A stretch of 64,000 bases of DNA. Source: Tetramitus jugosus (taxonomy: Eukaryota; Protista; Heterolobosea). The translations under genes and the position numbers were made by a program. Of this stretch, positions 32,796 through 45,047 are shown in pieces (positions within the stretch are counted from its first letter, which is position 1; each line of letters begins with the position of its first letter). The stretch is taken from NCBI GenBank assembly GCA_937625935.1, contig OW569379.1, forward strand, positions 310,001-374,000, written 5' to 3'. The notes under the pieces were generated by a model that worked only from the letters and a program-made list of their open reading frames with translations, was not told the origin of the DNA and did no database searches.

Positions 32796-35700
32796 CTAAA
32801 ACAGTTCTGGCGAGGCCAAATTCTGCAACACAACTGTTCTTCTTGGGGTGATTATGGTCGGTGTCGCAGGGCTAGAACCTGGTGTTGTGGTCCGGTTCTT
32901 TGGTGTGGCAAAAAGATCTGGAGAACTAGGAGATGCACCTAAACAGATAGTTTTGCGCGGCTTGGGAGCTGGGGATGGTGTAACGAGGTTGATTGGAGAA
33001 GAGGAGCAGGGCTTGTGAAGTGATCGAGAGGGGGTTTTGTGGATGGGAGACTTTCGCTTGATGGTTGGTCGCTTTGGAGTTAGGCAATCCTTCTTATTGC
33101 CCTTTACTCTGGGCTTCTTTGGCTTTTGCAAGGGAGAACCTTCGCTGGTGGCTCTCTTTCGCTTCATTTTAGAACTGGATTGTTGTTTAGCGTTGGTGGT
33201 TGTTTTCTGGGGAGATGGATTTGATATGGATTTGGTGGCAACCTTACGTGGGGTTGTTACATCTACAAAATCGATATTGTCCAATGCTGAGTGCTTATTC
33301 ATTGGTGGTGAGGGCTTCAAAAACAGCGAAATAAAATTGGTCAATATGCTGCTTTGAAAGGAATCCTCGTTGATGATGGGTTCAACGATCGATGAGGAGG
33401 CAATACATCGTTGAACCCAATCCGTGGTTACGAAGATAACATTCGGTTTTGTGATGAATTCTGAGTACTTTTGCAGTTGTGTCTTTAGGACATTCATATC
33501 ATCTACCAGCTTTGGCAATCGATCGCAGATTACATGAGTAATTGGAATGTGATATGGGTGACGTGCTTCATTCTCGCAAATTAACTTAGCGCCGTGCATC
33601 TGCATCTGAATCAGTAGAGCGTCTAAGTGAGTGGTGTTCTCACTTCTAGGACAGAAGACTGCGCATAATGACCGCATAAAGGTAAGTTTTGAAATACTTG
33701 CTAGCTCGTGATCATATTTAGAGTTGATGTTTAAAATAGATAGAGCGTTTAAATGTCGCACAGTATCAGAGTGCTTCGTTGCTGCTAGTTTCAATGAAGT
33801 TCTCATTGATTCAATCGTGGAATCCACTGTGTAGTCATCAAGATACTGGTCCATCTTTGTTTTAAAATATATCTTTGTGCTCTCACTAGTATAAATCATT
33901 ACACTTGGATCCAAACTTACAATTTGGTTCTCCTGAGTGCATCTCACCATCCATTTACAGTGAATGATATCTTTATCAGAGCATTTTGGTCCTTTTTGAC
34001 GTGATGCTATCCAGCTTTGAACTCGAATGTCTAGGTAGCAGAAACGTTAGAAGTGTCCTAGGATAAAAGAAATCAGAAGGTACTTACTTTTTTCATTGCA
34101 TGCAAGGATGTAATTTGTTTTCTCTGTTACGTTTTGAATAAATCTACCCGAATGAGCAGCAATTAAGCGCTCAATTTGAGACTTATTATATGGCTCTTGA
34201 CAATTCAAAACAACAAACTCTAATCCTTTAAAAATAGTCGATACAATGTTAACATTTGAAGTATCTGTACCAAGAAAGTGACTCAAGGTTGTTACTGGTC
34301 GTCGATTGCCTCTGACCACCTCTTCTTCTGTCTGACCAAAACGTTGTTGACGCTTCGCTGCCTTACTTGACATCATTGTTGTACCTGAAACAACCAAATT
34401 CAAATGTTTTTGTTGTGATGCTGTTACCATTCCTTGTAACAGCTTCATGTCTAAGCATTCATGCCACTCTTTATCATCACGTATCCTCTTGACTCGAGGA
34501 AATCGAAGTGTATATGTGCAACTATACATATCAGAATCCTTCACAAATTCATAGGCTTTAACCTCTATGATCTTACTATTCTTTGGATTGTTGATCCACA
34601 CATCAGGTGTTTCTCCTGATTTGGGTTTGAAATTCTTCAAATATGCAGGAGTCCTTCCCTTTTCATAAGGAATGAAGTGCGGTGTTAATTGTTCCTGAAG
34701 TATGGTCAGCTCAGAATTGTTATAGCCACTACCAACTTTGCAAAAAGTATAAAAGTATGTTGGGTGCTGACCAGATGGCTGTGAGTTCTGAGAATCATGA
34801 CTAGATACGAGCGCACGAGTAGAGGAACTCATAGGTTCAGCTACCGCAAGCAGAAAATGGGACACACTCTTCCGATTAAACTTTGTTCCATAATATCCTC
34901 CAACAATTAGTAAATCAAGTGTTTCTCCCATTCCATCGACGTGATCAGGCTTCAATTTTATCCAGTTTTGCTTTCGTTCCGCAGGAACATATGGACTATG
35001 CCAATTTTTAAGAATAATACCTTCATCTCGATTTTGAATTGCATTCTGTAGTTCTTGGATAACATCTTGATGGGTTATCATTCGTTTCTGTTCCACTATC
35101 TCCATAGTGTGTTTCTCTTGCTTCACAATTTGTTCCAGATGATACCTGCGCTCTGATAAGGGCATAGTACTGATATCTTTGTTCTCCAAGTAAACAACAT
35201 CAAACACAACATAACAAAACTGTTCCAATCCACTATTTTCATCTGATAAGCCGAAAGTTCTATTGTGGCCAAACTCTCTAAAGCATCCTAGTTCATTGGA
35301 CCATATAAGCATCTCACCGTCTAGAATACAAGTACGGGCAGTTACACATTTTCTCACAATCTTGTCAAATTTTCCAGCATAAATATTTGTGTAATCTTGA
35401 CTATTTCTCGTAAAATACTTAATCTGGTTGTTCACTTTGTGAATCATCACTCTTTCTCCATCAAATTTAGTTTCGGACACTACATCTTCATTTCTCAAGA
35501 GTGTTGGAAGTTTCTCCATGTAGGCCAGGCCGGCTAACATTGGCTTAAAGGCAGAAAATGGTCTCAAGCCCATATTCGCTAATTCGCTACTGTTCGTTTG
35601 GATTAGAAACAAGACTTCTTTCAAATCTGTACATCTGTTGTATAATTCAACTGCTTTCTCGTGGAAGTGATTCAGAATCGTCTCATGTTTTAGGTGCATT

Positions 35701-36527
35701 TTCATATCCTTTAAAATAATCTTAGAGAGCCACTTGTGCTCAGTTGCTGTAGTCAATTTCTTTAGCAAAATCATGAATACTTTTTGCTTTTCATCTGTGT
35801 ATGATTCACCACTCTTTGATAAATGATCTAACAAATGATTCACTTCTCGAACACTAACATTGTTAGCATCAAATTTTTGCTTTTGATACTGATTAAGCTC
35901 TTGAACCTTTTCGCTCCATCCTTTTCTCTTCAAAGTGGAAAATAAAGCGTCAGAAAAACAAGTAGCAGTCGAGCCAGTTGTTGGATCTTTCCAATTACGC
36001 AACATCTTTGCATCATTTGATTGTTTTGGCAATGGAATCAGTTCGATATACAGTTCTGCTAGCTTCTTATCTTTCAATCCATACCTATTTCTTTCGCAAT
36101 CTTGTTCAGGTAAAATTAAACGCATGAATGGATAGAGATCAGTCTTTTGACCCAAGTAGTTCCAGAATGCAGTCACATAGCCCATGCGCTTTGCTGGTGT
36201 CTTTTCATTTTGAATTTTCTCAAACAGTTTGCACATGACTGAAAATGGTACTAAGTGATCCTTGCTGGCCAAACCGAGAGGTGCTTGATATGTGCTGTTG
36301 TCACCATACGGATCCTTCAACACTGTAGCATGGTGTATCCCCTTGTCACTGTTTGGTAGTGGAACCTTCGATTTATACATATAACTTGTATCATTATTGA
36401 CGAATCTTGATCCATCAGGCTTCAGTTTGGTATCAATGGGCGAATCCTCTGAACTGAAGTCGCTCTCTTCATCTTGTAGCACGCCAACAATGTCGTCTTC
36501 ATCTTGAGGACATGCGTAGGTCAGCAT
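32796..36527 (-). CDS. LIG4: DNA ligase IV with BRCT domains; intron 34087-34031
   Basis: YPFMRLILP, YGLKD, KFDGER adenylation motif, EGIILK, WIKLKPDH, TLRFPR, BRCT IFKGLEFVV. A GTAAGT...CTAG intron joins the ORF-track ORFs. Confidence 0.93.
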
Positions 36528-36785
36528 TCGAATTTTGTGGTTCAGATTTCGCAATTTCTAGAGTTTTCTGGAAGGAAACGTTTAAAAATTTTGGCGGGAG
36601 TGTTTTACGTTCCTGAAATGGCAAACAACCTGTTGGATTGGTGCATGGAACCGATATTCGATTCTTCGAATCACCAGATTTGGAAACCCTTATGCGCTGG
36701 ATTAAATCGCGAGTCAACTCCACAAGAGTCATTTGTGCTGAGCCCACATCAAACCATAACCAAAGAAACAACTGCCCTTACACAC

Positions 36786-37565
36786 ATGTCTTCCAAGTTA
36801 TTTATTTGTCTATTGTTGTTGCTCACCACGGCAACTGCACTCCTGGCTGCCCCCAAGTACACAAAGAATGGCAAGACCATGACTATCGTCAATGATCTTA
36901 TCACAATTGAAGTGAACGGCAATGGCCTACCAAGATACACCATTAGCTCTAACAGTACCTCTACTTACTATGTGAGCTTTGACAGCATGTATCAAGTAAC
37001 TTCCTTGTCTGATGCTACCAAGAAGGTTGGAAGTGACTATTCCTTGTCTTCGTATAGCTGGACTCTGGGTGATGCTTCTGTTGAAGGCAAGATGGTTAGC
37101 TTCAGCCTTGTGGGCACAAGAGCGAGCAATCCTACTGTCTCATTTGTTAATCATGTCAACTCTACTAGCGTGGGTGTCAAGTTTGATGTTGAGATCTCTG
37201 ATTTCTCTGTTGCTGCATGGGAAAGCACTGCTGCAGGATTGGCAACTTGTTATACCACCAAGATCAAGGGTAGAAAGTCGTATACCGAAGAAGATGCCAC
37301 AGTTGATTCTTCTTCCAACACTCAAGCTACCTTCTCTGGTGCTGAGATTACTATCGTTCCTTATGCTAGTTCTGCCAATGGTCAAATTGCTGCCTCTTTG
37401 AAGAAGGGCGATGGAAAGAACAGAGCATGCATTGTTTATGAGAAGTTTTCTCCAGCGACAGGAATTGTTCACGATCCTACCTTTGCTGTTAACAGCTCTC
37501 CAGTTGTTAAGACGAGCGTGATGGTTATGATCTTCTGTTTCTTGTCTATCTTTTCCCTATTGTAA
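36786..37565 (+). CDS. Secreted, probably GPI-anchored beta-rich surface protein of unknown function
   Basis: Signal peptide MSSKLFICLLLLLTTATALLA; Ser/Thr-rich body; hydrophobic C-terminus after NSS. Confidence 0.75.
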   Translation: MSSKLFICLLLLLTTATALLAAPKYTKNGKTMTIVNDLITIEVNGNGLPRYTISSNSTSTYYVSFDSMYQVTSLSDATKKVGSDYSLSSYSWTLGDASVEGKMVSFSLVGTRASNPTVSFVNHVNSTSVGVKFDVEISDFSVAAWESTAAGLATCYTTKIKGRKSYTEEDATVDSSSNTQATFSGAEITIVPYASSANGQIAASLKKGDGKNRACIVYEKFSPATGIVHDPTFAVNSSPVVKTSVMVMIFCFLSIFSLL

Positions 37566-38025
37566 ATAAAATATAAGTGAGAGATTGGCATTCATGGTTA
37601 TAGTTACTCAGCAATGTCGATCAACAATGATACATAAATCAATCCTCCCCCAGTGATGGCCTGCACTGGTGGAATAACATGAACTACATCCTTTGAAACT
37701 GTTTACTGAAGGAATGCTGATGCATGGGAAGCATTTGGAACCGACTTGTGACCTGCGTTTCAAGCTTAATTTCCTTCGAAAACCAATTCTGCGCGAGGTC
37801 GCATTTAAACAAACATTTTATGTGATAACTTTCAGCTCTTCAATCGACATGGACTACGCTTGAGCATGACCAAAACCAGAGCAATTTGATAACTAGAGAA
37901 TAGTGGACAGAAAAGCTAATATTTAATAAATGAACCTTTTCACCATGTTGAAAGATGTTTATTCAATGATTGCTGGGGTGATCTCATAATTTAATAATAA
38001 TGGGTTGGGGCACAGTTGCGCCACC

Positions 38026-41000
38026 TTAAATGACTGCTGAATACCGACGATTGTGGAATTTGACTCTAGGGCTCACAACAGACAAGTTGGAAAATGACAG
38101 CTCAAGATCGTGATCATTTTCTTCGGCTGAAGTTGGTAGCACGAGAATCTTGGGTGGCTTCACTGGTGTATCAAGTGGGTTTTGTCCCATTGATCCCTTG
38201 AATCCAAGTGCAATCTCAATGTCCATCAATGATCTCATCGTTGTTCGACTTAATTGAATGAAAGGACGTCGATCCTTCACATACTTTAAAGCTCTGGACA
38301 ATGACCATTCTTCATTTTTCATCAAGTATGCTACTACTAGAGCCACACTTCTGCCGACTCCCAAATGAGAATGAACCAATACTGTAGCAGCGTTCTTCTT
38401 TGCGGTTTCTAAACATTGACAGAACTCATCCAAATAAAGAGACAGTGTACTACTCCTCTCCATACGAATATTGTAGTAGGTGAAGCGGTCAGGATAGTAG
38501 TTGGGTGAATCAGGACTCAGATTGACAATATAATTAATATTGCAGCTACTCAAATCTCGCAAGTTCGAGCTGTTCCACTCACTACCCATATAAATGTTGT
38601 CCGTGATTTTCGATGGCGGTTCCATTTGGCCTACAATCTTGTCGATTTGAGAGTCGATTAACACCTTTTGTTCGGCAAGTTTTGTGGTAAATTCTTGTTG
38701 TAGCAGGAACTTAACCTTGTTAGTATCTACCCGATTCAAGTCAACTTGCTCTTTCAGTAACTCCCATAGCTTGATAACGACTTCATCATCTACACCAATA
38801 CCGAATGGTTGTTCTTCCGTCGAATGAGTAGAACCCAACATATTAGAGAGTTTGTTCCGAGCATTTTGGAAATTATTGCTGTATGACAAATGTGAATCGG
38901 GGGACATTGGTGAAAGTCCAGTGGAAGGACTTGCAGCATCCGCATGTCGATACACATTTTGAACACTAACATTCATTGAGCTTCTTTTGTTGACAAGTGC
39001 ACCTAGATAAGCCCGACTGGCCATTTGTACAGGCTTTACACCCTTTTCCTCAATGAGCGATGCCAATGATGGATTGAAAACAGAAAGCTCAGCCAGTGTT
39101 TGAAGAGCAAGAAATACGCTATCCTTTGAACTATGATTCACAAAATAAATCAACAAATCAAGTCCGCTGTGCTCAATAAACAAATCAATAACAGACTCGA
39201 TTCCATGAGTTACTATGATATGGAGAATGGAACATGTGTTGTGATGCAGAAGCCTATGGTATCGCTTTCCCTCTGATGTTTGTTTCGACAGATATTGAAT
39301 GATTCCTTCGTTCACAAACTTTTCAGCTATGGACGAATGGTGCATCACTGCAAATAAGATGCCTAGCACCTGGTCCTTTGGATAAGGGAACAAATGCTTA
39401 GAATCCAGCAGTGTTTGGAAGTGATAGAAATTGCCTGAATCCAGAAGAATGGTGATAAACTCAGGATTCACATCTCTCTTATCACCGCACCCAAAGGCCA
39501 GCTCATACATGGTCTGAATCACACGCTGAAGCACCTTTGACACATCTCTATCCAACTCTGCAAGATGAATCATGGCACAGAGTGAATGATAAATAGTCAT
39601 TCCATCCATCCTATAATGAGTCAAAAAGAAGTCCAATGTGGTCCAAACTGATTGATCAATCAAGAGTTGCCTATTGTTCGGGTCTCTGGACAGTTCCCTT
39701 ATTGTTCTTGACATGTATCGTGCTAAAAACCAGTCACAAGTCATCATTTCTTTCAATTTGTCCAACTCTGCAAGAATATTGTCAAATGTTGGTCGTAGCG
39801 TTTGATCATTGCTGGTGCACTGTCTTACGAGAGATGCTAATGGTGCGGGCCACCAAATGGGAATTGAAGGTTCATTCCTACGCAACAATGGCTCACGGAT
39901 CATATCAAATCCAACACTGTCAGCAATGGAGAAATTGATATTGGGATGTTCTCTCATATGGCACAGCTCAAACAGCATGACACCAAACGAAAATACATCA
40001 TATGTATAGTCAAAGTAAGCTTCACTGGACGATACCCCCATTCCCAGCACTTCAGGGGGCATATACAATATCGTGCCATACTTTGTTAGAGAGTCAATCT
40101 TCTCGTTCAAGTGCTTCGTAATACGAGAAATACCAAAATCAGACACCTTGATATTCATCTTTTCATCAACCAACAAGTTCAATGGCTTCAAATCCAAGTG
40201 CAAAATGGATCGATTGTGCAAATAGTTCATTCCGCAGCAAATATCGACCAACATTCGGAAGAAAATCCTGTCGTCTACCATTGTATCGCGCGAAAGCACC
40301 TCATACAAATTTCCTTGATCCATGTACTCTGTCACGAGACAAATCTCTTCATTGGTACACAGACCCATGAACAGCAGGACATTTGGATGACGCAGACTAG
40401 ACATGATTGCAGCTTCTTCCTTTAGCTTTCGTATCGTTTTCAACTTCATTTGCTCATCTTGCTCGATGGAAGAGCTGAGCTTGAGTCGCTTAATCGCCAC
40501 CTTCTTACCCCAGAGTTGACCCTTGTACACTTCGCCAAAGAATCCCTCTGCGAGCTTCTTTCCGAGCTTCAAGCTCGAATATTCAATCTGCCATGGCTCC
40601 GTTCTCTCTTCAATCAACAGTTCCTCCTCCAAATCATCATTGGACGACGCTCCTTCGTCTGTGCTGTTGCTCTCTAGCTCTCCACTTCCATTTCCGTAAA
40701 ATCGCATGGCGCCAAAACGGTTGCCTCTCGGAGTAATCTCGCTCTGCTGAAGAGCCGTTGTAAAATATTGAATTTGTTCAATGAAAAAATCTCTGCTGCA
40801 ATAATTGCTCTCGCTGACTTTCAAATGATCATACAATTGTTGAAGAGTATCATGTATCACCTTGCTCGCATACCTGTTGCTCGCATCAAGAGATTTGATG
40901 TGCGTGGAGGAGATGGGGCGGGCGAGTCTAGGCGATACGATTGTTGTTCTCGGTGATGTCTTTCTTTTGCTGCTGCTGTAGCTTCCACTGTTGCCCTTTG

Positions 41001-41172
41001 AACGGGAGGATGAGGAGGATGGAGTTTGTGGCGACGGAGACGAGGTGGACTCACTGTCTGACAGTGTGATTGTGGGTAGAGTGGGAAGAGCAGTGCGAAG
41101 AGGAAGTTTTACATTATTTTTTGTTATATTAGGACTGCTACTGGTCGATGACGATGAATCCGTTGTCGTCAT
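38026..41172 (-). CDS. TKL kinase - helical (ARM-like) region - Slingshot-type DEK_C + dual-specificity pseudophosphatase
   Basis: Kinase EGFFGEVY, VAIK, HLDLKPLN, DFG. C-terminal IDSQIDKIVGQMEPPSKITDNIYMGSEWNSSNL; P-loop VHSHLGVGRS. Confidence 0.88.
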   Translation of the reverse strand: MTTTDSSSSTSSSPNITKNNVKLPLRTALPTLPTITLSDSESTSSPSPQTPSSSSSRSKGNSGSYSSSKRKTSPRTTIVSPRLARPISSTHIKSLDASNRYASKVIHDTLQQLYDHLKVSESNYCSRDFFIEQIQYFTTALQQSEITPRGNRFGAMRFYGNGSGELESNSTDEGASSNDDLEEELLIEERTEPWQIEYSSLKLGKKLAEGFFGEVYKGQLWGKKVAIKRLKLSSSIEQDEQMKLKTIRKLKEEAAIMSSLRHPNVLLFMGLCTNEEICLVTEYMDQGNLYEVLSRDTMVDDRIFFRMLVDICCGMNYLHNRSILHLDLKPLNLLVDEKMNIKVSDFGISRITKHLNEKIDSLTKYGTILYMPPEVLGMGVSSSEAYFDYTYDVFSFGVMLFELCHMREHPNINFSIADSVGFDMIREPLLRRNEPSIPIWWPAPLASLVRQCTSNDQTLRPTFDNILAELDKLKEMMTCDWFLARYMSRTIRELSRDPNNRQLLIDQSVWTTLDFFLTHYRMDGMTIYHSLCAMIHLAELDRDVSKVLQRVIQTMYELAFGCGDKRDVNPEFITILLDSGNFYHFQTLLDSKHLFPYPKDQVLGILFAVMHHSSIAEKFVNEGIIQYLSKQTSEGKRYHRLLHHNTCSILHIIVTHGIESVIDLFIEHSGLDLLIYFVNHSSKDSVFLALQTLAELSVFNPSLASLIEEKGVKPVQMASRAYLGALVNKRSSMNVSVQNVYRHADAASPSTGLSPMSPDSHLSYSNNFQNARNKLSNMLGSTHSTEEQPFGIGVDDEVVIKLWELLKEQVDLNRVDTNKVKFLLQQEFTTKLAEQKVLIDSQIDKIVGQMEPPSKITDNIYMGSEWNSSNLRDLSSCNINYIVNLSPDSPNYYPDRFTYYNIRMERSSTLSLYLDEFCQCLETAKKNAATVLVHSHLGVGRSVALVVAYLMKNEEWSLSRALKYVKDRRPFIQLSRTTMRSLMDIEIALGFKGSMGQNPLDTPVKPPKILVLPTSAEENDHDLELSFSNLSVVSPRVKFHNRRYSAVI

Positions 41173-41472
41173 TGTTTGTTGTCGTTGTTTTTGGTCATGC
41201 AACTTCTCTCGGTCGAGTTTTTTTGTTCTGCCTTGGGTTTTTTACAGATACGTCAATTGTCACACGGGGAAATTGAAATCGGAAAAATCCCCTATGTCAA
41301 AAACCTTTCATTTATTGTTGCAATTTGGGTTGAATTTCAACTTCACGAAGCAGTTTTGAGGTGGTTGCCTTTGTACTTCGAGGTAAATCCTTTTGAGCTT
41401 GTCAAGAGCCCAAAGCGAGAGCACAATCTTGAGTTAATCCGTTGTCTTAAGTGGGTAACACCCACCTTATCA

Positions 41473-44400
41473 CTAATTCATTTTCTGAACCGAGTCAGCC
41501 TTCGTGCCACAAACAGGACAGTGACCATACTTCTTGAACCAGTTTATCATGTGATCCAAATGACCACCGTGACCACACTTCTGACACCAGAAGAATACAC
41601 CAAAAACAGGAAGATGACATATTGCACAAGTATTCGTCTTGCTTTTGCAATTCTCGCATATTGTACCCTTCTGAAGTACAGTGCCACACTTTCCACAGCT
41701 CGTTCGCACAGAAGTAGACTGTCGATTCATGTTGTTAATGAATGTTTCAGGAGATCCATTGATGACTTCATTTGCAAATGTGAATAGTTGAAGTCGATTC
41801 AATAATTCAATATAACTCAGGTACCATTCGTACACTCTTTGCTTGCTTTGTTTTGTCTTGTCTCCCAATACGGCTACGATGGCCACACAGGTCTGAGGGT
41901 CACCTTGTTCACTGTAAAAATCGAGCAAACTATTTACGACTTCCTCAAAGTTGAATTGAGAGGAATCCTTTGTGGATGCATCAGACTCATTAGTTTCATG
42001 GGCTCGAATATCGTTAATATCCGCTTCCATTGCCTCAATTGCGCTCATTGTCCTACTCTTAGCTTCAATACCATTTGTCTTTTCGATTTTCGAATTCGAA
42101 ACAAAGTGAAAAACTGGTGCTGATGGAAGATTTCGTTGTTGTACTTTGCTAGATGATGAATGCATGATATCTTGCATGTACTCACTCTGAGGCAGACGTT
42201 TCTTCACCTTTTCCATATCCGCAGCTTCTAGCATTGATTTAAAAGAGGAAGCAGCAGTCTCAAGCGATGACTGTACACTGTTGGAGTGCGATTGAACCGG
42301 AGAGGATGGTGTTCCTTGAATTAAATGAGAGGAGATGGGGGAGGAAAAAATGGATTCAAAAGTGCTGGATTCTCTACCCATTAGATGCATAGATCCTCCT
42401 CCATTATTAACGGGCATTGTAGGCGGCGATAGACCTGAAATATTGAATGGAACAGATGGAGGCATAAACGAATCGGGAGGAGTTTGTTCAAAGTAACCAG
42501 GGAAAGAATATATACCAATCGAGTTACTTGCTGAAGGATCCATATCATCGTCCTCTTCGTCAACTTGATCATCTTCATCATCTTCAGTTGCTGAGTCATC
42601 TAAACTATCAGAGTGATGGTATGTGTGCTCATCGTCGTAGGTAACATGTGGTGAATGGTCATTGACCCGTCCATTTTCCTTCTTTTTCGCTTGATTATGT
42701 GTATCTACATCTGCATATGCCGCTAACAAAAATTTCCACACTTTTTCAATGTGTAGCTTACCGATACTTGCTGCTACTCGTGCATTTTTCTCGCATTTTT
42801 CTTTTATGGTCCCGTGAAACAGTTGATACTGTTCAGCAAATGTGGTGATCGCAGCACTGTCTAATCCTGCTGGTGCAACATCTGTCTTTACATCTTCAAA
42901 CACCTGAATATCACCTCTAATTTTGCTCTCAGTATATTGGAATGGCGGTACAGGTTCAACCCCATTATTTTCTTGCACAATTTTGCAATATTGTTCATGT
43001 TGCTTTCTATCAATCCTATCAGAGATACAAGCAAGATCGTTGTGCACGTTCCATGCCAGGGCAGTCGTTTGTAGATCGGCCTTTGGATAGATAGCATCAG
43101 AAAGTGACTGAATCAGAATATTTCCGTCCTTGGAACAAGTGATCAATCTGTCTGGCGAGTCTTGATTCCATAACATGCCAGTAATCACTTCATCGTGACC
43201 CTTGAAAGTCAATAAGGGCACATACCGATTATTCAAACTCCACAAATGGGCTGCTGCATCCACCATATTCGCACAACTGATCAACTGATTTCTGTACTGG
43301 GGTCTCCACAGAACAGAAGCCACACTAGCAATCGTCTGAACGGTCGACACTGGTCGATTGCTAAACTCTTGCAAGTTCCATATCCGAATCATTCTGTCTC
43401 TACCTCCCGTAGCAATCATACTCTCTAATGAAGGATGCCAATCAAGTGTCAGTACGAGTCCATTGTGACCAGGCAAATTTCTACTGCATCTCTCTGGTTT
43501 TCTAATATCCCAGATCTGAGTGTCTCCACTTTCGAGTCCCGCAGCAAAAATATTCTTGTAACGAGGAGAGAACTTGACGCATCGAACCTCTCCGTTGCAC
43601 TGGAAACTAATGGCCGATTTGGGTGATCGAATGTCCCACATTTTCACAGTGCCATCTTGTGAACCACTGAGAAGATTGTTCTCTTCCAATGGTCTCCAAC
43701 AAATTGAATTGACTGTTCTCTTGTGCTCTTCAAATTGTCTCTCTAGAGATGTCGAAAAAATAATGGTCAGTTTTTTTGTTCGCTTCTTTACTTTAATCAC
43801 ATACAGAACCAACAAGAACAACACTGAACGGTCCTTGACGATTATATCACAACAAAAACATCAAAACAACATACCTAGTCGAACACTGTGCGATGAATGA
43901 ATATTCCACAAAATGACTTTTCCGTTCGTCGGTGCCGTAGCAATTAAATTTGAACACGATTGCATTGGATGCCACTTCAAATCCACCACTCCATAGTTCA
44001 TTCCCTTTTTGGCGACACGAATCGGAATGTGCAACTGAAATGTGTGATTTTCACTGTTGAGTTTCACAATGCGATACACGGTTCTTCCACCAACAGCAAT
44101 CAATGAACCATCTGGTGATGCACTCATGGCGTTCAATGGTCCTCCGATTTGTAACTTGTTTGAGTGCTGTTGTTGTTGTTGTAATGAAGATGATTGTCGT
44201 TGGTGACTACTCATCATACTCATTGTATCTGTATCGAAATCTGTGTCATGATCATGGTGGTGAGGATGATGATGATGAGAATGAGAATGATAATGAGAAT
44301 GAGAATGAGAATGACTACTACTGTTGTTGTTGTTGTTGTTGTTGTTATTATTAGATATGTTATGAATCGTGTTCACTGTTGATGATAAGGAGGCGGAAGA

Positions 44401-44559
44401 TGATAGTGAAGAAGTTGTTGTTGTTGTCATATTCGTAGTTTGATAGGAATGATCATCATTGCTGCTGTTATTGAGTGCTGAAATGGATGGTGAGAGTGAT
44501 AGGGGTGATGATGATGATGATGCCAATTGATGATTTTGATGAAAAAACTGTTGACTCAT
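41473..44559 (-). CDS. WDR24: GATOR2 subunit WDR24/Sea2; intron 43874-43743
   Basis: IATAPTNGKVILWN, EHKRTVN, SGSQDGTVKMWD, QTIASVA, GDPQTCV, C-terminal CAICHLPV..WCQKCGHGGH RING. Confidence 0.9.
44256..44350. repeat. Coding microsatellites (TGA/TGAGAA/TGT)n giving poly-His, (SH)n and poly-Asn in the WDR24 N-terminus
   Basis: Directly visible; similar triplet tracts at 1460-1545, 4485-4575, 4830-4910, 6942-6980, 10484-10520 and 10870-10960. Confidence 0.9.
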
Positions 44560-45047
44560 GATTTTTTTGTGCTACTATTGCTGCTGATATGTTGATAAGT
44601 GTGACGTACGACGACTATTCTCTATTATTAATGTTGAACGGTGGATAATGATTGATGGTAATAATGATAATGGTTGTGGTGGCGATGAGGATGAGGATAG
44701 GATATCAATGATATCATTTATTGCACGCTTGAATTATTTGACTGGTGATTGTTGTAGTTGTTGATTATTGTTGTTGTATATGTGTTGAGTAAGTCATGCA
44801 GAGTACTATCCAATCCAATTTCTCTTAATGTAGTATGCCTGGCACAGCGCTATCGATATGATGAATCACAAAAAAATGTCGAATGTTCTTCGTTTTTTGA
44901 TTTTTCTTCTTTCTCGGTTCCAACCAAGAAATCTCGCGAACGCCGCTCCGATCCCGCCATAATAAAACTGCGAACCGACATTCAATAAAACCACGAAAGC
45001 TTCACACCAAGTACAAGAACAAAAAACAACACAAGTAACAACTAGAA

